A DNA stretch of 63,035 nt, filler included, from Rhabdomonas costata (Eukaryota): NCBI GenBank assembly GCA_019059605.1. It is 46 parts of 46 records of this genome, joined end to end, with 100 filler letters (N's around TTAATTAATTAA, not from the genome) between each part and the next. Parts side by side here need not be neighbours in the genome. Positions count along the whole stretch, not along the records: positions 24,726 to 25,995 come from JAHMHO010021117.1; positions 26,096 to 27,368 come from JAHMHO010021118.1; positions 27,469 to 28,740 come from JAHMHO010021119.1; positions 28,841 to 30,113 come from JAHMHO010021120.1; positions 30,214 to 31,485 come from JAHMHO010021121.1; positions 31,586 to 32,858 come from JAHMHO010021122.1; positions 32,959 to 34,229 come from JAHMHO010021123.1; positions 34,330 to 35,602 come from JAHMHO010021124.1; 38 more parts are not named here. One strand, given 5' to 3'. The notes beneath the pieces were generated by a model that worked only from the letters and a program-made list of their open reading frames with translations, searched no databases and was not told where the DNA came from. The position numbers and the translations under genes are program-made. Shown here in pieces: positions 24,765 through 38,034 of the stretch. Within the stretch, counting starts at the first letter, position 1, and each line of letters starts with the position of its first letter.

Positions 24765-25532
24765 GTGCGGCTGTGAACCAAGCCACGAGCCGTGGAGAGA
24801 CTCCGCTCTGGGTTGCAGCCCAAAATGGCCACATCGAGCTCGCCACACTGCTCCTTCAAAACGGTTCTTTTTTTTGTAGGGATTACAGTGCGTTCAAAAG
24901 TTGTGCGCGAGAATGCTCCATTTAACTCACCGTGGCGCTGATGGCACACAGGACGGTCAATGTGGTGGGCTTCATTTTCTCTTTCAAGTTCCATTGAAAG
25001 GTTTTCCTTTCCTGCGTTCTCATTTGCACGGAGATCTCACAAACGTCACTGGCCAATTTCTCCGTGGCGAATCGGATGCGAAGCCATTGAGCCGCGCTTG
25101 GCAGTTAAGGCGATCAACACTATGCCTGGTCCAGCCGAGCCGACGATCTTTATGCAAATTCATCACGGGTTCCTGGCTGCAGAAGTTAGCATAGCGCGGC
25201 TCCTCAGTTCCTGGTTCTGTTGCTGGGGAGACAGGTCTACCCCTTAGTTGGTGTCATTTTATGAGATCATTGGACAGCTTCGGATGGCCCCCACTAAAAG
25301 CATAAATCGAGAGAAGATTACTTAAAGGACCCGGGGACTCGAGCTGTGTTTTTCAACTCACGCGCCTCGGAATGCCATTTTGCTACGCTTCATTTCGTTC
25401 CACCCAAACGGCGGTGTGTTTGCGTTGTCTCAGGAGCCAGGGCAGACATGCCCACCCATGACGGGTGCTATCCGGTTCAGATCGCGAGTAAGTATGAGCA
25501 CGCCCAGGTGGTGGAGCTGCTTCTGCACTGGG
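24765..25532 (+). CDS. Ankyrin-repeat protein; exons 24765-24863, 25434-25532 (one 99-nt repeat each)
   Basis: GAAVNQATSRGETPLWVAAQNGHIELATLLLQNG and GARADMPTHDGCYPVQIASKYEHAQVVELLLHWG; both exons are phase 1-1. Confidence 0.9.
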
Positions 25533-27773
25533 GTGTGCTGCTTGTACCGACTCGAGTATATTTTTGCTTCTGGAAATCCACTGGAACCCCACCCCCACCC
25601 CCCGAAAAGGAATCACCTGGGCAAGACATCTTCAGGGTCTGTGGTATTTGTCCAGTTTGATCAGTTAGAGCGGTCCTCCTGTCCGCGCGTTGGACGCGCA
25701 GCGATATCGTTTTCCCAAAATGAGCGGGTTTTGTTATTTGGAGTGGGGTGATGAGATGACATGCAGAATGGCTTCCATGGACTTCATAGGCAAGTTGGAT
25801 AGTTTATTTTGAGCTCTTTTGGAAGACTCCCACTGCTCTGCTACAGCTCACATTCTCGTGAGGAGAAAATCGCTTTTCATGTCCTGCTCCAGAATCCCTT
25901 CTCACACCTGCCCACCACCACCACCATCAACTCTTCCCGCCCTACTTCGACATAAGGCAAACACCACCCGGAAACTGAGAGATTTCTCCCCTGCTNNNNN
26001 NNNNNNNNNNNNNNNNNNNNNNNNNNNNNNNNNNNNNNNTTAATTAATTAANNNNNNNNNNNNNNNNNNNNNNNNNNNNNNNNNNNNNNNNNNNNAACGC
26101 GGGATGGGACCCTTGCCAGCTTTTAAGCGTTTTTTTAAGGGTTTTGGGGGGGGGGAAGTGTTCTTGCCGCGGTGAAGGCGATTCACTTGCAGAACCATCG
26201 CCTGCTGGCGCACCTGCAAGATGCCTACCACTGGCAACAGCAAACCCACCGCAACGTGTGTGACTCTGAACCCCCCTGCATCAGGATTTTCAGTGTTGCC
26301 TGAGGGCAGTCACTTTGTGTCTGATGCGTGCGCTATTTTTGCGACGAAGACTTCAAACTTCCCGCCGTTCGGCTGAGTGTGTACAGACGGAATTTGCCCA
26401 TAGTGCATGGCGTATGCCAAGAGAAGGGGCCTCTTTGTTGAAACTTCCTGCGTCCTCGTCGTTCTGTGATGGGTCAGATGTCCAAGATTCTTGTGATACT
26501 TGAGGAGCTCTCCACGAAGCTACAACTTCCTCCTGGAGGTTTTTCTCTTCCTCGCTCCATTTCATTGGGAGCGGGAGCGCCACCCACCTTTCTTCTTTCT
26601 TCCTCTATTCCTTTGTGTTGTCTTCGTGCCCCTTGACAAGCATAGACCGCAAAAATCAAGGTCCAAAATGAAAGTTCGTGTAGTCTGGTGATCCGTCCGA
26701 CGACAGTGGCTCTTCCGTTGTTTTTGTCGCCATCACCATCTGTATATTGCACCATATGGCAGCACTTCAGGTCGTTCGTTGCGGGCAGCAGTTAGTTGGC
26801 AGGGGGATGTCTTGTGTTTGGACCCCCACTCACTTTGTTTTTCTCCCTGCGCACATCTCTCCTTGTTAAGGAACGTTTCTTCCACTCCCAGGGTTTCGTG
26901 GCGTTGTTTTGTGCTTCTCTGTATCTGTGTCGTGGACCAAGCTCTGGAACAGTGTGAAAACTCGGACTATTTGCTGGCCGCAGTGACAGTGACACTTAAT
27001 CCATCGTCTTGTTTTCTCAGTCTAACAATGTCACAGCGCTGCGGCACAAAAGTTCGTGCAGTAGCAGGGGTCATCACCAAACAGCTTTTGGAAGAAGAAA
27101 ACGCAAGGAAAACCACAGGCTAACACACAAGGCTAGCTCATCCCGAGAAAGCTTTGTTAACAGCAAAAGCGGTCCCCCAATCCCAAGACGGCGAGGCGCA
27201 CACACAACTTGTGGACAAGAGAGTCCGTCCGCTGAGGACGAGCAACACGCAACACAATTAGCAAGGGGAAGTGCAGCGCGCGTGCGGGCGAGAAAGTGAT
27301 GCACAAAAAGGGAGCAATTAATTGAAGATTCCATCATGGTGAAAGCAAGCAAGGCAGGACAACAAAACNNNNNNNNNNNNNNNNNNNNNNNNNNNNNNNN
27401 NNNNNNNNNNNNTTAATTAATTAANNNNNNNNNNNNNNNNNNNNNNNNNNNNNNNNNNNNNNNNNNNNACGTTCGTGTTTGCGTGGTACGGGTGGCGCTT
27501 GCAGATTAGATGATAAACGGGAGCATCTACTCAGAGGGTCCATACACCATAGGTGTCCTTGCGACCAGTATATATACGCTGGTCATGAACATGAAATCAT
27601 ATACAATGATGATATATATGGGTGTGCGTGCGTGCGTGCGTCCGCGCCACTGTACCTTCCTTGCCAAGACAGTATTCTCCTATGTTGGGCGCCAAAAACA
27701 CCGGCGCAAAATGTACGTGCATCGGCGGGAAGGGATTTCTTTGTTTACGATACTCACTCTGTGACAAAGATAC

Positions 27774-28161
27774 CTGCTCTGGGAAGGGTGCAAATCCGGT
27801 CCGTGCCGCCCGCGCCAGAATCCTGCACCCCGAAGTACACCCAGGTGCCCCAGGGAATCGCGGAGACCACTGAGCCCCCCAGCGTGCCCACCACGGCCTG
27901 CACCGCGGTGCTGCCGTTGGTCTGGATAATCAGCAGGGGCTCGCCCCCGATGTACAGGCGCCCGGTGAGGGGGTCGGAGAGCGCGGCCTGGTGGTCCTCG
28001 CCATACTGCGAGGTGAACTGGAAGGAGGGGTCTGGGGGCACCACGTCGGGCAGCCGCACCACCCCCTGGGAGGCCGCCGTGCACCGCACCCCAGAGTACC
28101 CCGTGAGGCACCTCTCGCAGGTCGTGCCGTCCCAGTAACCTCGCTCAGCGTCGTTGTAGCA
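27774..28161 (-). CDS. Cys-rich laminin/EGF-like surface protein exon followed by a beta-rich region
   Basis: CYNDAERGYWDGTTCERCLTGYSGVRC...ALSDPLTGRLYIGG...WVYFG, bounded by TAG| and G|GTATCT. Confidence 0.7.
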
Positions 28162-28276
28162 CTACCAAAGGCGAAAACACACACGCACGCACACACGCTT
28201 TCTTTCTTTTTCCGCCTTTGGTAGTGCTACAACGACGGAAAAAGAAAGAAAGCGTGTGTGCGTGCGTGTGTGTTTT
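28149..28276. repeat. Interleaved inverted duplication A-B-A'-B'
   Basis: A 28149-28173 pairs with A' 28213-28237. B 28174-28212 pairs with B' 28238-28276. Confidence 0.92.
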
Positions 28277-28881
28277 CGTCTGCATTTGCAAACGCAAAAA
28301 GCCACAATCATGGGAAGGCACGGTACTTGCTCAACTTTTCGGCCCGCTTTGGCTGCCTACCTTTTTGTCCTTTTGTTTGGCGAAGCACTGCATCCTCACC
28401 CCAAGGGCCGAGTTCGGGGAGGGGAGACCACAACAGCAGCAGAGTTCGCAGAAAAAAACAGCACTCACATATGGGTCACCCCGGATATGATAAATGATGA
28501 GTCTTCTGCCATCTTACCCGACCATATTTCCTTGGATAGTGCGTGGAAAGATCCCCACCCAACAAAGGCCAACGAAGGCCCACACACAGACCAAAGTCCC
28601 AAAGCTTTTTTTCTATGTACAGAAGTTTCATTGATCACCGAGTAGGGGCAAAAAGGCGGTCTGATTGAAGCAACATGAAGCAGTCCCAAGGACCCACAAG
28701 GTAAAAGGCACGGACGACGCACCAGGCAGGTTCCCAGAGTNNNNNNNNNNNNNNNNNNNNNNNNNNNNNNNNNNNNNNNNNNNNTTAATTAATTAANNNN
28801 NNNNNNNNNNNNNNNNNNNNNNNNNNNNNNNNNNNNNNNNTTGTGTGGCCAACTTATCCTTGGAATTGAAAAAATCCACAG

Positions 28882-30065
28882 GTGCGGGATGAGTGCAACG
28901 AGGTGGTCAACGCACGGATCTTCGTGCTTCCCCCGGCGATCACCAGCTCGCTGCCGATGTCTCTGGACGACTTCGAGGAGGTGCAGAACAACGCGGTGCA
29001 CCAGCTCTCGGTAAGCCTGCGGGAGCAGTGGTCCACGGACCTCAAGCAGGGCCTCCACGAGGCCCTGAAACCCATCGGGGAGGAGGGCTCCGACGTCAAC
29101 ATCAACGAGAAGAGCAAGGAGGCCTATGAGCGCTCCAAGCTGAAGCGCCTGGTGACCACAGTGAAGTTGATGATGCAGGTATGCTTTTTATTTGTATGTA
29201 CGTCGGTGTGTTCGTCCTGGGCATTACAAAGGACCTCGGTTCAGAAAACCCTCTGCAAAGGCAGAAACATGTTCACTAAAGTGAGGTATCGTGTGGGCAG
29301 GGTGCGTGTATGGATGGTTTTGTGGGGACGCAAGAGCAGGCAGGCTGAGATGGGAGGCGCTGGTGTGGGTGTGGATGGACAAAGTCGCTCGCCTTTCCCT
29401 TCTCATACACCTTCTCCCCTGTCTGTTATGGCCCAGATGCTTCATTGCTTTGTTTCTGTGTCCCGCGCCCCGTGCTACTGACATTGAACACTGAACTCTT
29501 GCTAAATGAGGGTAGAGGGGTGCGAGGAACCTGGTGGAAGAGGTGGCGAAGTCACCCGCGGTGTGTCAGAGAATTCCTGTAAAAGGGATCTGCGATTGCT
29601 TTTTTTTTGACCGGAAACCCCGAAAAAAAAGCCAATCCCATTGTCTCTATGTCTTGTGGGTGGGTGGGGGTGCCTCAGGTTTTCCTGACGCACACGCACG
29701 TACCGTGCACGATATCAACCACACTTGACGTGCCACCTCGCCCCGCATTGTGCGTTCTTTGCCATACTCCAGACATCAATCTCATGTGTGTCGGGGGGGA
29801 CTATCAGGACACTCTGTTCACGCTGGTCAGCCACTCCCTGGAGCAGTACGTGGGCTTCATTGAAGAGATGTGCGAGTTCGAGGTGACGATCCAGAACCTG
29901 TCCCTGGTCGAGGTCACCCTGCCGACCAAGTCCAAGGCCTCCGCCGCTACCGCGGCGGTTGCACAAGGGGAGGGCGGGACCGCAGCAGAGCCTGCGTCCG
30001 GCGATGCGGAGCTGGAGGAGCCTGAGGACGTGGAGGTCCCGCGTTCCCGCAAGGCCCTGTTCAAG
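28882..30065 (+). CDS. Axonemal inner-arm dynein heavy chain (DNAH1-like) N-terminal region; exons 28882-29178, 29808-30065
   Basis: VRDECNEV...LDDFEEVQ...W...YERSKLKRLVTTVKLMMQ|DTLFTLVSHSLEQYVGFI resembles the tail of single-headed inner-arm dyneins. Confidence 0.75.
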
Positions 30066-31991
30066 GTCTCTTTCTGTCTTTCTTGTTCTGGCTGGGAAGG
30101 TGACCCCAACCCCNNNNNNNNNNNNNNNNNNNNNNNNNNNNNNNNNNNNNNNNNNNNTTAATTAATTAANNNNNNNNNNNNNNNNNNNNNNNNNNNNNNN
30201 NNNNNNNNNNNNNCAGCTGCTGCTCAAAGTCCTGCGCGGGGGATGACCCCACGCCTGCGGTGGTGGTGGTGGTGGTGGGCATTTATAACGAAACACGCAA
30301 AAGAGGAATGGGTGAGAAAAGGTTGTGAGACTGCGCCGAAAGCCTGCTTAAACAGAAGAAAATAACAAAATAATCAATTATCAAGTCAGCTTAAGGTTCC
30401 ATAGGGAATAAAACACGCTCCTATCAAATGTTCCTCTGTCGATGTCAAAACCAATACTCCAAACTTGTGACATTATCCGGGCCGGGAACCGAACCGAACA
30501 CGACAGGGGATGCCAAACATTTCATCTCACGCGCCGGACAGCACTGAAATTGGATGGTCGCCGAAAGGGCCTGCTCATAGCCTTTGGAGCCTTTGGAGGG
30601 GATGGACGGGAACCCCCTAGCGACTTGTAAATCTCTCTCGGCGTATAAAACATGCACAGACGACCCAACCATACAGCTGATTACAGACCGGCGAGCGGAC
30701 CTGTCCAGAACCGTTGCACTTTTCATCATCAGAAACCCAAGGTACCCGAACGAGGAAACACTTCACTACAAAACGTTCGAGAAAGCTGGGAGAAGTCATG
30801 ACCACGAGGAGCCTGAAAGGCCCAATTCTGATTTTTTTTTTGCAGTGATCATCCACTCGTGCTGTACAACCCACAGCAAAGTTGCGACACGCACCGCACA
30901 TGCGAATGCAAATACCTTCATGTATCTACGAAACGCCAAGCAGAACCAGGGGTACAGGGTACTGGAAGACGAGAAGGAGACGGGCGCGAGCTGGAGATGG
31001 CGCCGATTTCTGAAGGTCACAGGAAAATGGATTGGATGGCAGGGACGTGTGTCAACTACCGCATCATCCTTTCACTGATGCGGCAAAAACTGGGGGGAGG
31101 ATGGATGCCAGACCTCTGGTCTGCGTGCGTGTGAGCGCGCGCGGGTTTCGGTCAGAAGCCCAGAAATCCTCTTTTTCGAGAGGATATCGGTGTGAGAAGA
31201 TGGCAGGCAAGGTAGGGAGGCAAGTCACCATACGAACAAAAGCACCGCAACCTAACAGAAAGAAAAACATAAAATTACCCGGGAAACACCAAAAGCACGA
31301 CACAGAGCAAAGGTGAAAGCAAAAGATAGTGCTTCCCATCGCAGGCGTGCCCACCAGAAGCCCCCAGTGAAGGGGAAGCACTTCATTGATTCTGTCTCCA
31401 GGCTTTACCTGCCTGCGGCACAACGGGACGGGATGAGTGGGTGGCGGGTGTGCATGTGTGGGTGTGGTGCCCAACACCCAACACANNNNNNNNNNNNNNN
31501 NNNNNNNNNNNNNNNNNNNNNNNNNNNNNTTAATTAATTAANNNNNNNNNNNNNNNNNNNNNNNNNNNNNNNNNNNNNNNNNNNNGGTTTGGTCGGGGAC
31601 TCCCTTTGAAAAAAGTTTTTGCGAGTATATGGGGCCCCCGGCCGAAGGCCATGGTCCGTGACCGTGGATTTTTTCCCCAAGGGGTAATTATGCTGGTTAA
31701 CAGGTAGAGGGATTACTGTTGTACAACACAGTAGTTAACCTGGCTCCTGTCTGGGCTTCTGTCTGGCTGATTATCTCTCACACCTTCGCCTATACTCTTC
31801 AACCTTTTCCTTGTCCCCACGTCCCCTCTCATTCTTTGGCTGTCTGAACTCCCCTCTCCTTCGCTGTGCCATATTCCCTTCGATGTCATTGGCTCCTTTT
31901 TGTCAATTCGTCATTCTTCCTGGACTCCCCCCGTCCCTTTCTGTATATTCGGTTGTTGCTTTCATCGACATTCTTTTTTTGGTTCACTCAG

Positions 31992-32274
31992 ATTTTCGCC
32001 ATCAACCGAAGCTATGCAGCTGCCCAGGAAAACTTGGAAAACGAAACGAAGCGCGCTGCCTCGCTGGCGAATGAGCTTGAAATGGCTCAGCTTCGGGTGC
32101 GCGCACTTTTTTGTTCTGTGGTTGTGGGTTCTTATCGCAGAATATCTAGAGAGGCCACCTCCTCCTTGCTGTTTTCAGCTCGTGGAGTACGAGACCGCTG
32201 TGGAGAAGAAGGAGCAGGAGTTTCTTCGAAACACCGAAGAGATGGTTCGAGAACTGGACTCTGCTCGTGTTCAG
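31992..32274 (+). CDS. Coiled-coil protein; exons 31992-32096, 32179-32274
   Basis: Two phase-0 exons: AQENLENETKRAASLANELEMAQLR|LVEYETAVEKKEQEFLRNTEEMVRELDSARVQ. Confidence 0.6.
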
Positions 32275-33724
32275 GTTTCAGGGGGGCGGGGCGGACTCCT
32301 CTGAACTCCTTTTTTTCATGTCTGCGCTGTGTGGGTCCCAACTCTTTTGGAGTGGAGGGGCGGTTCGCGGCTATTATACCGAAAATCGTGGTTATATAGT
32401 ATATCGCTGTATTTTGGTGAAGGCCTGAAACTAAACCACTGGGTCCCCCTCACATCAGTGTGAGGTAAAGTGTGGGTTTCGGCTCGTTGAAACTAGAAGA
32501 AATGCTACAACAGCACATACCTCGGCGTCAGCTCGGCGTGAAACCCCACCCAATAAGACGATTCAAAGCCAAATTAGCGAAAAAAAAAAGGGTGTCCAAT
32601 CCAAGTGAACGAGAAACAGCTGAAAATCACACCAAATAACAGAAATTAATAAAGAAACATTGCGCGTCCATTAGCAATTTCCCGACGACGCTACATGCCG
32701 TTACACAGCGAGTCTATTAGCTAATACCAAACATTATAAGTGGATTAAGGTGTGTTTTTCGTTCTGAAAGTGAGTACTTTTTACTTACTATATGCAACGT
32801 ATGTACTTCACATACAAATGTACTTTATGCTTATATATCTCATTTCCCACCCCACCACNNNNNNNNNNNNNNNNNNNNNNNNNNNNNNNNNNNNNNNNNN
32901 NNTTAATTAATTAANNNNNNNNNNNNNNNNNNNNNNNNNNNNNNNNNNNNNNNNNNNNTTGTTGGGGTCAGCACCAAACAGACCACTTTTTCACGAAGAA
33001 ACGCCAGGAATAGGGTAACTGTTGGATGGTGCTTGTGGGTTGAGTGAACCTTATGCAAAGTTAACAGATCTTCTTTGACTTAGACTTGTGTTTGCTTGTT
33101 TGTGTTCAAATAATTTGCTCTGCGAAGGGGCATGAACATAGATTTTTAGCGGGCCATTCCAGTCTTTTAAAAACCACTATCGTCCACGAACGCGGTGTTT
33201 TGTCTCGACGCTAATTCCATCCTACGTCTCAGGAGCAACGCATACCGAACATTCCTGGGAACATTCGTGAAAGCAACAATGGCGCACTCTGACACACAGC
33301 GGCACAACTTCTGCCCGATGACGCCCACATCGAAAAAAAATTCGGAGCGGATAGGAGATACCAGCCGGTTCATACAGAATGAACGACTCAGCACCGGCTC
33401 TAGTGTGCAACGTGAACCGCACATGGACATGTCTACGGTTCTCCATTCAATCCTCCTATGTCACTACACCCGAAACAACCTTGGGTGTCAGACACGTGGG
33501 CAGGGCGAGTGAAACCATGGTTTCAATAAACGATTGAAAAGTAGTCAACCACCAACCCCACCCCACCTCTTCCCCCTGATCAGACAAGCACCGCTCACCG
33601 TCGTTTTCTGGCTCGGCTTACATTGACTTCTGTCCCAGAACGACATTGCAAGCAGGAACTGCTCCGACTGCATCACCATTGAAGAGCGAAAAATACGGTA
33701 ACATTGACAGACAGATCAGGAGAC

Positions 33725-33856
33725 CTGTTCACGAGCCAGTTATCAAAGCCAGGGCGACCAACGTGGAAGTTGGGTAAGGGGGTAACCCCGAAGAACCCTC
33801 GAGTCCAGAGAAAGTAATCTTCAGCGTCCAGCCGATCGTGTGAAACTCCGGGTCGC
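33725..33856 (-). CDS. Exon of a putative glycosyltransferase-like protein
   Basis: DAEDYFLWTRGFFGVTPLPNFHVGRPGFDNWLVN recalls a D.DYF...P.F..GR..F/YDNWLV motif of uncharacterised GT-like proteins. Confidence 0.45.
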
Positions 33857-34427
33857 CTGTGCATGGTCAGTGATCACGAAACCTCCGGCAGGCACTAAAA
33901 TTCAAAACGCCAAAAAAGCTTCAGGGTGGAAACTCTATTCCTTGAAATGCTCACCCAGTTAACACTGTTTTTATAGTTCAAGAAAACCATGACATCAAAG
34001 CCAGAGATTCTTGACTTTTCCTGACGGAGGGCAAAGCCGAAGCAGGCCTTTTGTAAACAGGCCTGCATTGTAAACAGGCTTCGTGGCCGGTCCTTGGGGT
34101 CAGTGTTTTTGCTGTACTTTCGCCCCCGGCCATTTGTGGTGCCACTTGATAACTTGCCCCAAGCAATGGAGGGTTTAACGACGGCACCCAACCTACCTGT
34201 TACAATAGCACTGAAGAACAAAATGAACANNNNNNNNNNNNNNNNNNNNNNNNNNNNNNNNNNNNNNNNNNNNTTAATTAATTAANNNNNNNNNNNNNNN
34301 NNNNNNNNNNNNNNNNNNNNNNNNNNNNNTGGGGTGTCTGCTACCTGAGATGGCATTCTTTCATCAGGACAGGGAGTACAGTGGATAGGATATGACCTGT
34401 ACTGGTGGAGGACTTAACTTTTTACAG

Positions 34428-35602
34428 TGGGAGCTTTCTGGAAGGGTTGAGCTCGACGAGGCACTGGCGGCATCCCCCCTCATTGTCATATCGCCCAATC
34501 ATCGCAGTTCTGATGGCAGTCCCGAACCGGCTGCAGTTGTATGGATGCACGGGTTGGGCGACACCGGGCAGGGCTGGAGGTCCGCCGTTTCGTCCTTGGC
34601 AGAGAAACTGCCCCACGTGAAGTGGGTGCTGCCCACGGCTCACGCCCGCCCAGTCACTTTCAATAATGGGGTGTGCTCTTTTGCTGCTGGCCGGACCAAG
34701 TGAGGACCAATTGAATTCAGAGCTTGTGTTGTTGTCCTGGATGTTTAACTGCTGATCGAAAGTTAAAATCTGCGCCAAGGCATCACGTTGCCGCCTGTAT
34801 CTGCGCGATTTCTGTGAGACGCGGCGGCGAGAGCAGAAGTGCCTGCCTTTTTGTCCATTGCTGAGATTCTGGTGTTCTTGCAGTCAGTTGAGTTGCTGGT
34901 GCCAAATCCTCGGTCCCTTGCCGCAGATCACGATGCCTGCATGGTATGACATCGTAACGCTCTCGCCGGGTGGTCCAGAGGACCGTGAAGGAGTGCTTGC
35001 TTCCACTGCGCGGATCCGGAGGTTGGTGCAGCGGGAAGCTGCCGTTGGGATTCCCGCTAAAAAGGATTGTCCTTGCAGGCTTCAGCCAGGTGACTTTGCT
35101 TTGCAGGGAAGGCAGGTGGTTTTGCCCTTTTCTTTTCGAGGTCTCTGTTCCGGAACTGGGTCTTTCAGTTTGGATTCGCGTGTTGTACGTTGCGTTGTGC
35201 GGTGAGATAGGCAAATTACGAGGTGTGCGTTTTCCCTTCTGTTCGCGCCCTGCACTGCCTTGCTGCTGACTGTGTTCTTTGCAGAGCGAACCATGCTGGG
35301 TCATTTGGGTTAACGCAATTGTTCGAAGGGCGACTCATTTTAGTTGTATCCCACGTGTCGGAGTGACCTAAAATTGAAACCGTGAAAAAGAAGCCCTGTC
35401 TCACCTCTCGGACAAATAAGAAATGAAAATAAAACACAACAAGGGTGGTGCCATTGCGCTGTACTGCGGGCTGACCTTCCCTGAGCCCTTGGCTGGGGTG
35501 CTAGGATTGTCAACCTATCTTCCCTTGCGAGAGGATTTCCCCGGTGCTCTGGCCCAGCCACACTCCACCACCCTTCCGGTGCTGATGTGCCACGGGGAGA
35601 GC
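34428..35602 (+). CDS. Acyl-protein thioesterase / lysophospholipase (LYPLA family); exons 34428-34670, 34927-35089, 35444-35602; apparent +1 frameshift
   Basis: VVWMHGLGDTG...WVLPTA..RPVTFNNG|ITMPAWYDI...RIVLAGFSQ|GGAIAL...LSTYLP...PVLMCHG, with the GFSQG nucleophile motif. Confidence 0.93.
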
Positions 35603-36180
35603 NNNNNNNNNNNNNNNNNNNNNNNNNNNNNNNNNNNNNNNNNNNNTTAATTAATTAANNNNNNNNNNNNNNNNNNNNNNNNNNNNNNNNNNNNNNNNNN
35701 NNGTTTGTCTGGGATCAGAACAGTCGCGATTTCGAGACTGACCAATTTCACGAGAACTCAGCCCCAGGCTATGATGTACCTGAAACACACGCGGATGTTG
35801 ACAGGGCACAACCCCCACCCAGGAAAATCAGAATCGATGAGGTTGAGGTTCAGCCCACAATCCAATAAAATGGGAAGGATCCAACATCTATCTTTGTGAG
35901 GAGAACAGCAAGGCACCGCAAAGTTCTAGCTAACTAGCTCCAGCAAACAAAACGATAAAGAACATTTCGGTGTACGAAAAGAGAGAAAGCGAAAAGCAGG
36001 AGGGGAAAACGGACACAACAACGCACAACGTGAAGAATACACAAAGCGACTATTTCACAGTGCGGAGAACTGCAAAAGGGAGTACCAAAGAATGAAATAT
36101 ATTCCAGCTAACGGGACAGTTCCAAGATCATGGTCGACAAATATCCCGGAGAGTGTGGCTTTGACACCACCAAGTCTCAC

Positions 36181-36486
36181 CTGGGAAGGGGGACCAACGA
36201 GATATGGGCAACAATGAAGATAATGATGCAGTTCTTCATCTGACTGAGGGTTAAGTGTGCAAGTCTGCACGCTTTCACATTTGGCATGGTGACTGGGGAG
36301 GGGGACGGGACAAGTGCCTTTTGGGGGAAGGGACGGTTGCCATACACAGGGAACACAATCGGTCTGCCGGGGATGGAAAGGCCGCCCTCCCAGCCCAGCA
36401 GGCGAACCAGCTCAGCGAGCAGCAAGGCAAGCACTCCCCATGGCACGACGTACTTCACCACGACACACCAAGCAAAGCGAGGTACC
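36181..36486 (-). CDS. Membrane transporter C-terminal helices (SLC6/NSS-like, tentative); exons 36486-36312, 36239-36181
   Basis: WCVVVKYVVPWGVLALLLAELV...YGNRPFP|...CIIIFIVAHISLVPLP resembles NSS TM11-TM12. Confidence 0.4.
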
Positions 36487-37074
36487 CTGTTTGCGCGACG
36501 CAAATATGAAGGCATACAATCACCGGAACAATTCAAACGTTAACAAAACATGGGCGACAGCCCAGCGGACGTCTTAGGTCACGGTTGAAACATCAGCCGA
36601 ACGAAAATCAGGAACGGTACACGCGTTCAAAAGTTATCGGTTCGTACTGATTGAAACCGCTCTCGATCCATCCTTGAATTGCATCCACATCTGCGACTGG
36701 AGGTTCACGAATAAGTGATGGCCCCGTTTACGGAGGCGTGCAAGTTGCAGCGCAATACGCCTGTTCCGGCCCATTGGGTATCACAATGTCACATACCCAT
36801 GCATGCGTCGCACTGCACACCCACGTCACCGCCACAACCATTCCTTGCGTCAACGCAAAGTTTTTTCACATCGGCTGTGTGGTCAAGATTCTGATCTCGA
36901 GACTCACAACACAGACCATTCTAAACAGAAATTGCTCCAGCAAAGCACCCAACCATTCGTCCCCTCCCCCCCTANNNNNNNNNNNNNNNNNNNNNNNNNN
37001 NNNNNNNNNNNNNNNNNNTTAATTAATTAANNNNNNNNNNNNNNNNNNNNNNNNNNNNNNNNNNNNNNNNNNNN

Positions 37075-38034
37075 GGGGTGTGGTCCACGAAGCGGCCCTT
37101 GGGACTGAAGAAGTTCACGGCCAGGGTGCCGCCACGGCCCTGCACCGAGGGCGGGCCGTACAGGTGGATCACGGGCAGCCCCGTGGAGTGCCGCAGGGAG
37201 GTCAGCTCGGAGATCAGCCACCCCGTCAGCGTCATCACGCGGTCGTGGATCGAGTCCATCCCCACCTGAGAGTGGATGCGTAATGTGCGCGATGGGTGTA
37301 TTACGCTTGTTGCCTGACTGGCTGCTGATAACCAGTGGGGCGCACGGTTGGCCGGGTGCTGGGTGCCGCGTTACCAGCTCAAGAGCTGGTGAAAGGGCCA
37401 CACTCTTCGGCGGCAAGTTTGCGGATGCGGCATGAAAAGGCAAGAAGGGACCGACGGGGAGGGCGAGACTACAGTGAGATTAACAAAAGAAAACACTGAG
37501 CCTGCTGATAGAAAGGTGGCAGGCAGAGGCCAGATTTCAAACGGGAATCATCCTTCAAAACTCTTCCCTAACAGCAGTATAAAACAAAAGCTCTTTTGAA
37601 AATGTGACTAGTGATGTCAGCTGCCGATGATCAATCAAATGTTCAAGTGATTGAGGGACCTGACGAGGCCCACGGTATACGTTAAATGGTACGCGGGCAC
37701 TACCGCCCACCACCAAGAACGAACCCATGGAGCAACATACATGCTTTCTAGCAGAAACCAACACACTCCAAAAAACCGGGGAGTGGTGGACCGACGACGA
37801 CTGGTGGCACACAAAGCTATCGAAACCAGGGATACTCGATACACGGGTTTAGACAAAGAAGTACCGAACGAACTTCCATGACGAAGGTGGGGCGGCAACG
37901 TGGGGATGACAGACCCCCTGCAAGAAGCGAAGGCCGATTTCAACCCCGGGGATGCCCAGGTAGTCCACCGTGCCGTCCTCGAAGGCGGCGTGGCCCTGCT
38001 TCATGATGTGGGTCTCCAGATTCACCCCAACAAA
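37075..38034 (-). CDS. Molybdenum cofactor sulfurase-like class V PLP enzyme; exons 38034-37915, 37265-37075
   Basis: HAAFEDGTVDYLGIPGVEIGLRFLQG|VGMDSIHDRVMTLTGWLISELTSLRHSTGLPVIHLYGP...RGGTLAVNF, with the FEDGT and LRH..G.P motifs. Confidence 0.85.
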
